NCBI GenBank assembly: GCA_038496445.1 | Contig: JALMLS010000015.1 | Span: 434,001-498,000, forward strand | From: Trichosphaerium sp. ATCC 40318 | Taxonomy: Eukaryota > Protista > Tubulinea | Direction: 5' to 3' | Length of the DNA stretch: 64,000 nt | Shown here: positions 13,019 through 24,011 of the stretch, one piece after another | Layout: each line of letters begins with the position of its first letter | How positions within the stretch are numbered: the first letter of the stretch is position 1 | Program-made: the position numbers and the translations under genes | The notes under the pieces: model-generated | The model's database searches: none | The model's input: only the letters and a program-made list of their open reading frames with translations | Told to the model about the DNA's origin: nothing

Positions 13019-13951
13019 TTACATGTATTTGGAAAGAAACTCTGATATATGCTTGATTGATACCAACGCTTCTGGTATCTCAGAGAACCATTCGAAAGCA
13101 TGCCAAACACCTTCTGTTATTTGTAAATCAACAACAATATTTTTCTTTTTTAACTTTTCAGCAAGCCTTGTACTATCACTCAAGAGAAGCTCACGGGTAC
13201 CAGTAGATATCGTTGTAGGAGGGAAGTTGGGTGGAATATCGAAGAACAATGGTGATATGTCTGGATTCTCTGGAGCGATCTTTCCCATGTAAGTAATACT
13301 CATCGGTTCAAGGATATGTTCGACTGTTAAGGTAGGGTCACTAATTGTGTTGTGGCTTTCTCCGCTATGCGTTAAATCTATCCATGGAGATAAGAGAGCT
13401 ATTGCATTGGGTGGTGGTAAGCTTTCTTTTGTTATTGCTTTTACAACTAAACCGAGAGTAAGATTTGCTCCAGCGGATCTACCGGCAACACAGACTTTTT
13501 GGGTTTTGATCAAAGAGCGGTAGACTGCCATTGATTCATTGCATGCCGTAGGAAACTGCTTCTCGGGAGATAAACTATATCTAGGTACACATACACGTCT
13601 GTGAGTCATATCGGCGATGTGAGCGGTTATAAATAGATCATCTTCTGAACAGCCTAAGTTGAAACCGCCTCCGAAAAAAAACAGAATAACTTCGTCTCCG
13701 CGTGTTTCTTTTGGGATTACCCATTGAACAGGTACGCCGTTTATTACTTCTTCCTTTGTAGTTGTTTTTAACTTTTCTTTGGCTTCAAGGCAACCTTTAG
13801 AGGCTATTTCTGAAGCTGCTTTTCGATGAGAAACAACGCCTTGAGGTGATAGATCATATGTCTCAAAGACGGCTCCCACAGACTTATCGAGGAATTGTTG
13901 GGCTTGTTTACTTATACCACAACGTGTTGGTTTTATTTCTTTACTTGTCAT
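13019..13951 (-). CDS. Alpha/beta hydrolase (HSL / family IV lipase-esterase), intronless
   Basis: FFFGGGF oxyanion loop, YSLSPEKQFP, GRSAG nucleophile motif, LLSPWIDL, TGTRELLLSD, GVWHAF. ORF is open from 14035, but MTSKEIK at 13951 is the likelier start. Confidence 0.9.
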   Translation of the reverse strand: MTSKEIKPTRCGISKQAQQFLDKSVGAVFETYDLSPQGVVSHRKAASEIASKGCLEAKEKLKTTTKEEVINGVPVQWVIPKETRGDEVILFFFGGGFNLGCSEDDLFITAHIADMTHRRVCVPRYSLSPEKQFPTACNESMAVYRSLIKTQKVCVAGRSAGANLTLGLVVKAITKESLPPPNAIALLSPWIDLTHSGESHNTISDPTLTVEHILEPMSITYMGKIAPENPDISPLFFDIPPNFPPTTISTGTRELLLSDSTRLAEKLKKKNIVVDLQITEGVWHAFEWFSEIPEALVSIKHISEFLSKYM

Positions 13952-14994
13952 AGGTGTTGTCTTCCTATGTTTGTAACTTAAAAAGTGACGATCTACTATT
14001 CTAATTGTAACGAAATTTCTGGTTTGACTTAACATGCTCTATGCCTTGATTACAACAACGTGTCCCATAGAGTCTACCTTGATTTGATTTCGAAGCGTGA
14101 CAAGAATGCAGGGAAACTTGGATCCGGGTTATTTATTCGAGCGCGTCCGACATTCCATTAAGCAAAATTTCTGCTTTATTTCTTTTGACTACGGTGTAGC
14201 TGTCTTCTCAATCCGAACACTGAACGCACTACTATGTGCGACAATGCTATGTTTGACATAAATTCATCAAAATTCTTGAATTTTCGTCAATAAAAACCCC
14301 GGATGAACTAACGCTTATTTTAGCTCAGTCACGTGATTAAATTCTGTACAAAGAAAATGATTTCTGGAAATGTGCTTCGCAGTATGGAGTATTCTCTTCT
14401 TTGAATGCATAAACCTAAAAGACGGGTAAGTGGCCTCATTGATATAGTTTTAATGCCGATGAGTACCCTAGGAGCAAAAAACCGTAGTAGTTTTGACATT
14501 TGCTTATTGACCAAAACGGTTTGTTTCATTCTTGCTGCCGGGATTGTCTGTGATACCTCCTACTTCCAGAAGCAATGGTGCCAAATGAACACGCTACAGT
14601 TACTTGTGAAGTTCAAGTTCAACCACACCACTATCATGTGCCGGTACAAAAACCTCTAAACGTTCCCTTGTTATAAAGCATTTCACAACACTACAGAAAA
14701 AACGCGTTTGATTGCTGTACAACATCATACAGTCTATGCGCCCGTTAGAGAGTGCTTTTCGAATACTGTGTGGCAGTGTAAAACTCGTAGGTCCTAACAA
14801 GCCAAACTTTTAGGTAAACCAAGTTGCGATCAACAGTTTTCTAAAGGCTACTGGAACAGTTGAAAACCGGTAGTAGTAAAAAAAATCCATTGTTGAGCAA
14901 TGTCAATTGAATCTCGAATGTTGTGATAGAAATAATTATTCTTTACTACATTTAAGGGAAAATGAATCTTTATTAAACAGAAACAAGAGGTTAC

Positions 14995-17494
14995 TTATTT
15001 CAAAAGTGCAATAACATTCTTATCTTGAAATTTTCTTTGCATTTTTTCTAGATAGCTTACTTTTGGATCTTGTTTTGGAGATACACACTCCAAGCAAAAT
15101 GAAAAAGCGTATGCGTTTGTAAAGTCAATACCAGAAAAAACTGAAAGGGTGTTTCCATCGGTTCCGTAATTCTTTTGAAGCAAACTATTACCCATAACCG
15201 CATAAACGTATCCACTACAAAAAAAAACCAAAGTCAACAAAAAAATAAAAGTAAACTTTGAAGAGAACTCACCCTTCTCTAACTGCTACTAGTCTAGCAT
15301 TTGCCCAAACACCTGTGTTGATTTCGCTGTCACCTCTTCTGATAGTCTAGACAAAGAAATCGTGTCACACAAACAGAAAGAGAAAGTAAAAAATGTGTAC
15401 CTGTATATCCTCATAGTACACATACTTGTCAGCATATTGTATTACTGAGTATCCAGGTAAGCGACTAAATCCAGATATTTCATAACTCTGTTCTCCTGTT
15501 GCTTTGTTTATACTGATTATGGCGGCTTGGCGATTTCTTGCATATTGCTGTGTTTCAACGAAAACAGCTAACAAAGAACAATCAACAATAATTCTTAAAG
15601 TAAAACTCCAATCGGTCGTACCATTGCTGTTTGTTGTGATTGCCTTTGGTTGTCCGTACATTTTATTGAGAACTGCTACTACCTTATATTTTCTAGACAA
15701 CACGTGGGTAAGATATAAACTAATAGTTTTTTGTACATACCCACTCTTGGCGTCGATACGAAGAATCCTAGTGCTGTTTTCTAATGCAACATACAATGAA
15801 GTAGAAATAAACGTGTCATCAAAAGACATAGCTGTAATATATCAGTATAAACGTAGACTATGTAAACTATGGGTTTGTACCTTGAACGTTATTCACCGTA
15901 TCAAAGAATTCCTCTGACTCTCCAGTCTCTTTGATTTTGTAGATGTGATTGCCACAACTATAAAAAAACTAAAACAGAAAGGGTATGTAAGCCACAAGAA
16001 TCATGATATTCTGATTTCGTACTCCAAGCTTTGTACTCAATGTACCAGTGACATTACATTCTCCTTGATGGTCAGCGATGACTTGTGGTGCTGTATCTCC
16101 GAGGATAGATGCAGTAAACACCTTTGAACTATCTTCTAATCAACATTGTTAGGGGACGATACTATCTTTAGCGAACCTTCGACTGTCCAGAAGAATCTTG
16201 AAGCGGCAGGTGCAGATGTAATAGACATAACCTCTTCAGTGTAAATCACGGTTGGGTACGCAAGTGTTTTTCTATATAATTTAAAGCTAGCTGTAATAGT
16301 GTCATTAGATACCAATACTCTAAAGCAGATGTTATTTTTTGGAGCCACTACACCTTGCCAAAGATTAATGTTACCTTTCATTTTCATCAATTGCAAATGA
16401 TTTGCATTTAGCATCTGCGATGTATTGTCTGTCATCTTTTATCGAGAAAATACCCTCTTCGTTACATCCAACTACGACCTTTTCGCTTGGCCACACAGCC
16501 AAATCATTAAGTGTCTTTAAGTCTGTTTGTACATTGACGTCACCAGTTGTGCCGTCAATGATTGCAATTGACTGTGTCTCTGACCCTTCAACTTTGAACA
16601 AGGCATAAACTTTAGAGCTTTGAAACAGCATAAGTCACACAGAAGGAGAAGTAACAAAATAAAAGTTCCGTACTCTAGAGTGACGATGCTCAAGAAGTCA
16701 ACTGTTGTATCCTCTGGAATACCTTTTTCAAAGAAAAGTCAATAAAGACCCAAAGTGTACGTGTATGTAGTACCAGGTATTTGTACTTCAAGTACAGAAT
16801 CATCATCAACTGCTTTGAATCGTACTGTGCGAGAATCAGATGTCCATGTGATGTACCTATCTCCTACATTGAAGTGTTAGCCTTTGAAGTTTGGTAACTT
16901 AAAAGTGTTTGTACCAAATCCCATTAAAAGAACTGCGAGATCTTTTACGTTCTCCTTAGCTACATGTTCTACGCCAAACCCAGAACCGTCAACTTTCACC
17001 TGTTGAAAGAACAGTAAGAAAAATGTGGTATACAGAATTGTAGTTCGCATGTTTTACAAAATTTCATGGCATCCAAATGGCTGACAATTTGTGAGCGAAG
17101 CGACGGCCTGACCGAAAGCGAACATAATCCTCTACTAGCTTGATTTCGTTGTGCCACACGATCGTATTTTCGAACATATGGGAACAAATGCGAACTAGTA
17201 CAAGACGCCAAATGTGTAACACAAAAAAAAAGTAGTAGAAGATATACGCCCTTTGTCGTTGTGACGTACATGGTATATTGTATTGTTATTCTCAGTAACA
17301 AAAAGTACTTTATCATTGTATTTTGCCATCGTAGCTACTTTTGATGCTCCAATGTCAGCAGCATCAAACAAAACGGCCACTACTTTTGAGCGGAAATTAT
17401 TTGAGCACAACTTCGTTCCATGTATGAAATATGCTTGATCAACAGCATAAGCTGTACCAACAATAAAAAATACAAGCAAGAGGTGCTGTAACAT
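14995..17494 (-). CDS. Secreted multi-exon protein, probable beta-propeller
   Basis: Signal peptide MLQHLLLVFFIVGTAYA. Blade-like segments RFFWTVEGSLKI, LYVALENSTRILRID, QPKAITTN, YVYYED. Many GT-AG introns; exact exon joins are partly uncertain. Confidence 0.6.
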
Positions 17495-18463
17495 GGTATT
17501 GCGAATGTGTATTTTAACAAAATGTGCAACACAAAAACAGAAAAGTAGAAAACACTTTCCTACTTCTTATTTTGGTAACTCATCTGTCAAAATTGGAAAC
17601 GCCAAAACTACTTTTAAAGTGTTAACGCGATACACTCCAAATCCTACAACAAGATGCACAGCTGCAATATTAAAGATTTGAGCCTGCATCGCGTGACTTA
17701 AAGTTTTATTTTGCTAGCAAATGGCTGAGGGTAGAATACTACAGAAACCTAAATATCATGGCTGAGCCTGCACGCACGTAGATTACAGTAAGCGTATTTA
17801 CAGTGCTCAAAGACCAATTTAATCCAATAATACCAGTTTTCTACACTCGCTCTTAACATAGGTTCTAATCCTCTGTCTCTGTTATTATTGTGTTAGAGCA
17901 TGGCGAAGACTCGAAGAGTCTAAACAAGGCGATTGTGTATTTATCATAAAACACAGAAAACGGCCTTCACCATTATGAAGACTCGTAGCTTTTTATACGC
18001 GGACTAGTCGCCGTTCTGACACTTTGACATCATTAGTTATTCTGTGTTTATATTCTTTATTTTCTCTTGATGAATCAACTAGAGAATTTTTCGCTAAGCA
18101 GTTGAATGTGCTACGGCGTAAGCCCTACATGCTTTGAATCTACAGGGTAAGTATAAGAGCTTAATATACAACTGTAGCCGTGAGAGAAAATAAATACGTT
18201 TAACTGTTTTAATGGTGTGACGTTATTGTAAAATGTGAAAATCTCCTAGCTAGGTATTTGTTGTTCATCACATATGCCTTAAAAGTGTATAAAGAGTAGT
18301 AGTGCGTCGAACCTGAGCGTACACACTAAAATGATAGTTGTGGCTCCGCTAAAAACGTCAAGTTCAGCTCATTGATCTTTATTAGCGATATAAAACCCAG
18401 CTAAACGCTTTTCATTTGTGTAGTGCGCTTTTTCCAAAAATGTTTACAGTTTTTTTTCTCTTT

Positions 18464-18570
18464 CTAACTTATGCAACATCCCAAACAGCCAAAAACGATG
18501 TATTGTATTCGCAATGTGCATGTAGTATGTGAGTATCATTTTTGGCTGTTTGGGATGTTGCATAAGTTAG
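18464..18570. repeat. Inverted repeat / hairpin with 36-bp arms and a 35-nt loop
   Basis: CTAACTTATGCAACATCCCAAACAGCCAAAAACGAT (18464-18499) matches the reverse complement of 18535-18570 with one mismatch. Confidence 0.9.
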
Positions 18571-18657
18571 TGAACAAAAATTTTTTCTAAACTGCGTTGT
18601 TTGCGACCTCACGTCAGTTATAAGTAGTACATCACTGTTTAAGAGGATTTGGCCTAT

Positions 18658-19626
18658 TCATTTGACGGTAAAAGGTGTTGATGCTCTTAAATAAGGAATT
18701 AAAAGTTCCTTTTTTGCTGAAAAGATGACGACACATATTTTCTGTGATAATTACGCATAATGTACATATTGTGCATCTCTTTTAAGATCCTCCCCTTGAA
18801 ATACAAACCTTAACCTATCATGTATGGCAGTTTCAGGAGAGTAGCTGACTGCTGTGTGGTTGACACATTTTTTACTTTTTCATCAACTGCTTAGAGAAAA
18901 ATTCTCTAATGGTAATTTTGTTTACTCGTGTGCACTAAAAGATGGAGCAGATTTCCTTAGTGAAGGCGTTACTATTTCTTCGTCGTCTGAAGCGAAAATG
19001 TCATCTTCATCTGAAGCACTCTCAACACCTGAAAATGAACCTACACTAGATTAATATGACTTACAGAGATATTGTGTACTACCATAATTACGAATAGTGT
19101 ACAAGAAAGGTGCAGTTAGGCCAATACATGCTACACCCTACATTGTCTTAGTTTATCATAAAATTCTTCTTTCTTCGTTTATCTCATTTTTTGTACCTTT
19201 GCAAGTAGCACTACAATGTCAACTTCAATGCGTATCATTCCATTATCTATTGCTACCAAGTATATTTGAACTATAACATCAATAACTTGTCCAACGAAAA
19301 ACTTGTGTGTTAAGAACAACAAAGCAAAGTTTGGTCTTTTTTGAAAAAAAAGGTTTTTGAGGATACAAGCAATACCAAGTATATGTTTGCTTTATGTACA
19401 GCGTAATAACCAAGTACAGCCAAAGGTACGCCATATAACATTGTCCAATGTCCAAAGAGGGCGTAAACAACCGAAATAACCTAAAAACGTGAATAAATTA
19501 TTACAACCAAACCGCACGTGCTTCGAACGTTTAGTAAACGCGAAAGCATTAAAAAAAAAGCTTCGAAAAGCAGTTTACCAAATAACAAACAGCAACAATC
19601 TTCAAAACCTTCTGTCGCTTCTTCAT
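18658..19626 (-). CDS. Small multi-pass membrane protein (AGTRAP-like 4TM topology) with acidic tail; absent from the ORF track
   Basis: Spliced: MKKRQKVLKIVAVCYL|VISVVYALFGHWTMLYGVPLAVLGYYAVHKANIYLVLL|FFVGQVIDVIVQIYLVAIDNG...|GVACIGLTAPFLYTIRNYG...SASDEDDIFASDDEE. The 3' exons are uncertain. Confidence 0.65.
19302..19366 (-). other. U12-type (minor spliceosome) GT-AG intron
   Basis: 5' site GTATCCTC, branch site TTCTTAAC 7 nt before the 3' end, no polypyrimidine tract between them. Removal keeps the frame (YLVLL|FFVGQ). Confidence 0.75.
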
Positions 19627-20054
19627 ACCAACGATAGGATTAAACGCAACAGTGGCAGGCTAGCGAAGCGTTATATTTTTTTTTAACGAACTTTTGACGC
19701 GGTCTACCTTCGATGGAAGTTCTCCAATACCCACGTGCATTTGATTCGTTTCGATATCGCCCTTCTCTTCGTCTTCGTCACCAGAATTGGCAAACGCAAA
19801 TGGTTTGTAAACTACTGGTCGCTCGTTACCTGCCATTGCGCAATCGGCACAGGTATTTGTACTTTATCAAAAAGTTAAGCCAGAGCCATATTTTACAAAC
19901 AACTGCAAGCAAACCTGGTTATGTAGATGTAAAAGGCCCTTTACTTCGGAACTCAAAACATGCTAAGATGTCTAACCATAAATAGTAGTAGCACAAACTA
20001 CCTTAAACGAACAGTCAAAATAACACGTGTTGAGACGTACATAACTAAACCACA

Positions 20055-21840
20055 ATGGCCCGTTCGAGTACCTTTGGCGTAATTATTACGATGTATTGGG
20101 TGACGATGGCGGCTTGTCTTGTTGTTCACGACAATACAGGAACAACACGTACTATTGATAGTGCTCTACTGAATGACATATTTTCTTAACCACATTAGTA
20201 ACTTTTAATTCGCCAAACATCTCTTGGCTTTCAAAACAATCTTGGAACGGCACTGCTGTTACTGGTACGTTTATTAAAAGTGACATCACGTGTTAATTAG
20301 CCGTCATCTAGCTTAATTTTTTTTTAACCGACTCAATCTTTTAGGGGAGCTTGTGAGAGTAGATGACAGCGACCACAATCATAAGATTGTGTTTTTAACA
20401 ACAGACAAGTATAAATGGGGTTACCAAATAGCAGACGCTCATAAGAATGGGGCCATTGGTATTGTTATCTATGATAGATCATACAGTATGTGACTTGATA
20501 TGTTCCTATCTTTAGAATATTAGATATCCCGGATCCAAGAGTTTGTATTGGTATTAAATTGCTTGTAGCTACAGGAGGTAAAACAGAGTTCTTCAGAATG
20601 AATTGGAATCAAGCACCATCAGAACTTGAGGCTATTCCCACTGTTGAAGTTGGAAAAGATTTTATGGATTATTTTAAAGAACAACATCTAAATGTTACCT
20701 TGTTCCCTCATGGTACGTGTTTTCGAGGTTCAATTGGTTTTTTCCCCTAAATATTTTTGCGTTCATAGATGATAATCCATGGGAACCAATCAGTAATATC
20801 GGGTTTGTACGTGTTTGCTATTACACAACTGAAGCTAAATGTTTATTTTATTTTGAAGCTTGTTTTCTCAATTGTTTTTGGTATTGCAGCATTTATATGT
20901 GTTGCATTGGCTTGTTTTAAACTTTACTATATCACACATGGAGTTGGATGTATCGGTGGTATTTCTCAAACGTGTTTGGTGATTGAGATTATCGCAAATA
21001 CTGGTACAATACTCATAATTTGTTAAAGCTATATATTTGTTTTACAAACTTTAGGACGCTTCTTTTATGTCACAGTTGATCCATTGTACAGTCGTAGAAT
21101 ATTTTCAAAGTTTACATCAAGCTTAATGGATACGGGTTTTGTATCTTTGTCGCTTGCAACATCTTTGTTGATTGCATTTTATTGGTAAGTTGCTTTCTAC
21201 TGAACTAGTGGTTTTATGTAAAACAGGTTGGAGATAATCAAAGCAATCAAGTCTCTCAAAGATGTAGACGGTAAACTGAAACGCTTTCTACTTCCTTGTA
21301 TTCTCTTGGTTGTATTTGTTTGTCTTGTGGAGCTGTCTGTATCACTTGGACGCGGTTTCTCAGAAGTAAGAGTTGTAAATGCTATAGTAATGTTTATCTT
21401 GATGTCGCTTGGTATGGCTATTGCTCTATACCTCTTGATTATGGGAGGAATCGTACTGAAGCATATAAGGGAGATTGGTTCTAAATCTTCTATTGTCAAA
21501 AGGATTCAATGTGTACGTTCACGTGTTTTTATCTAGACGCAGTATTTCTCATTATTTTCTTACTTTATTTCTGTTGTAGATTACAATACAGCTTATGGCA
21601 AGTGGCGTTTTCACAATATTGCTTGTCATCACTATTTTTTCCTCTTATTGGTCTTTCTTTCGAACACCTGTTGTATTCTGTATCATATGGTCTTTGTATT
21701 GGTTTTTTCTTTTTGGGATAAGCTTTCTTCAAATCACTGCTATCCACAGAAAGCAGAAAAGACCGTCTACAGTAGAAATGACTGCAAGCACTTCAGCTGC
21801 AGGAATAATTAATACTACAGGTGAAAAATGTATAAATTAA
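20055..21840 (+). CDS. Signal peptide + PA (protease-associated)-like ectodomain + 7TM receptor-like protein, copy A
   Basis: PA-like KIVFL...AHKNGAIGIVIYD...IPTVEV, DDNPW linker, then seven hydrophobic helices and a Ser/Thr-rich tail. Confidence 0.8.
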
Positions 21841-22299
21841 CAGATACAAATGTACTTGGATAAGATTAATCTTAGATTTTAAACAGAGAAGCTTCTACCA
21901 TTTTAGCTAAACACTACAGTTTTTTTAATCTGTTAGGCAAACACAAGACAGGCCTCATAGTGTTCTTATATTAGATTTCATTTCGTAGCTTGGTTCGCTA
22001 TGTTTGAAATTGAAAAAAAATAAATTGTAGAGATTAGGTGTTAAGCCTACTTTTTAAAAGGCCACTCCCGATTTGTAGCGCGCACGTGACTTTATGCTCT
22101 TGTGCTAGCGTAAAGTCCTCTATAAGGGTACACTAATGGATAGCTATCAGATTTTGCACAAGGTCTACCTATGTTCCAAATCATCCAGAAAAATCAGGCT
22201 TAGCTCTAACTAAAAATAGCGCTTTTTCGGGCAGTCCACAATTTTCACTCTGTGGCACAAAACCACTTGTTTCTTTCACCTAGTACACGTTCGGACGAA

Positions 22300-23301
22300 A
22301 TGCAAGACAAAGAACGTCGCAACACAGGTACAATTAATTCGCAAACACAAAAACCTTGTACTCGTCTAACTCCACAAAAGAGCTTCCGCCTGAGGTGTGG
22401 GATGCCATACTGTCTTATATTTGTAATATTGGTGATTTTAGAGCGTTTGCGTTATCCTCCCGAGAATTTAACGCTTTGGTGGATGCCTCAGCCGTCAAAC
22501 CATCTACCTATGCTCACCTCATAATACATAACTCGATTAAACACGACCACGTGAAAAAACTTGAACAATACTTACATCTCTACGACCCACATTTGGATGG
22601 CTTTGAAAGAGATGGTGGAAAGGCTTATGGTTGGAACCTTGTTTTCAGATCTGAAGGCCAAAAAGATCTTGAGCTTGTAATTAAAAATAGTGATACACTC
22701 AGAGAGGTCCGTGAACAAATGTGTCTCGAAGCTGGTACAGAAGAGGTGGTACTTGTATGGGCTGGTAGAATGATTGCGCCAGGGGCACAGTGTCATTCTG
22801 GTACAGTCACAGTAGATTCTACAATGGGAAAGTTGAATCCTGGCGTTAGAGAAGGATATCCTCCATTATATTATTTAGCAAAAAAAGGATCACGTGTACT
22901 ATCTAAAGAAAAGAAGGAAAACCAAGGCAAGCTCTTTTTTTTTCCCCTTTTCTTTTCCTTTTTTTTGCTTTTTTACTGTGACATCCTCGGTCCTACAAAT
23001 AGTACTATTTAAAAGATAGTACTTGAACAATTTATATCAGCTGCACTTATTAATTAACACCTTAGGTTTTAAACGTTGGTCAAAGCAACCCGGCAGACAA
23101 GAAAAATACTTGCGCTTTTCCGCATATCAATACTTGTTAGATAGGGCTGTAAATTGTAAAAGCCCTGGTTCTGTCAAAGTATTGGTTAACAGTAATAAAT
23201 TAACAGAAAAGGAAGTAGAGGACATTTTAAACAGAGAAGTGAGTACTTGCTCGAACCAAAACAAGAATACAAATCCTGTTTCTTGTAACTTGCTATTGTA
23301 A
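22300..23301 (+). CDS. F-box protein with ankyrin-like helices and an internal ubiquitin-like domain
   Basis: ELPPEVWDAILSYI...FALSSREFNALV (F-box); SDTLREVREQM...LVWAGRMI...DSTMGKLN (UBL-like); LDRAVNCKSPGSVKVLVNS (Ank-like). The 3' end is uncertain because of a GTGAGT donor near 23240. Confidence 0.7.
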
Positions 23302-24011
23302 CTAACTTATAAAAATAAGAATATTTGCGTATTTTACAACACTATTGCAATTACTCTGAGGTTAAATGAGTAGCTGCACCCTTCTTAACTCTGGACCTTG
23401 TATACTGTTTTTTACATGGCCATTGTATTTCGTACTGTTGCCTTTTTGTTTAGTTCGCTATTAAACCTTGAGCATATTGCTGCTTGTTTGGATAGCAATA
23501 ATGTAGGCGTTACAATCCAAGTCCATAATATCGAGTTGTAGCTCCACTGGAAGCTGGAGAAGCGTTTCTTTCTCCCACCCTTGTTTGGTTGTCTTCTACA
23601 TGATGTTAATTAATAGACTGCTAATAGCATCCTTAGAATGTTTGCGCTACTCCCATGATTTTCTAAAAAGAATTGTCTTTTTTTGAATTCATTAGCGAAA
23701 TACAACACTTTCTGTTGAAATACACCATGTGAATTCGCAATCCAAAAAACTACTTAATTCAAGGTGTGTTGTCTCTCTGGGAGTGCGGTTAGAATCCAGA
23801 AGAGATTTGAAAGGCAAATCAAAGAGAGACATGTTCCGAGACATGTTCTTAGACTGCTACGGTCAAACATGAGTATATTTCTTAGTTGGCTTTGCTTATA
23901 ATTATTAACATCTATTTCTACGTTATTAATCATATGCGCGCTACTAGCTTCTGTTTAAAACAATTACTTTTACTACTACAATATTCTAAAACAATGATTA
24001 CTTTAATCAGG

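Noticed and set aside
23270-23301. CaaX prenylation motif on the F-box/UBL protein
   Set aside because: The Cys is fifth from the end (CNLLL), and a GTGAGT donor upstream suggests this stretch may be intronic.
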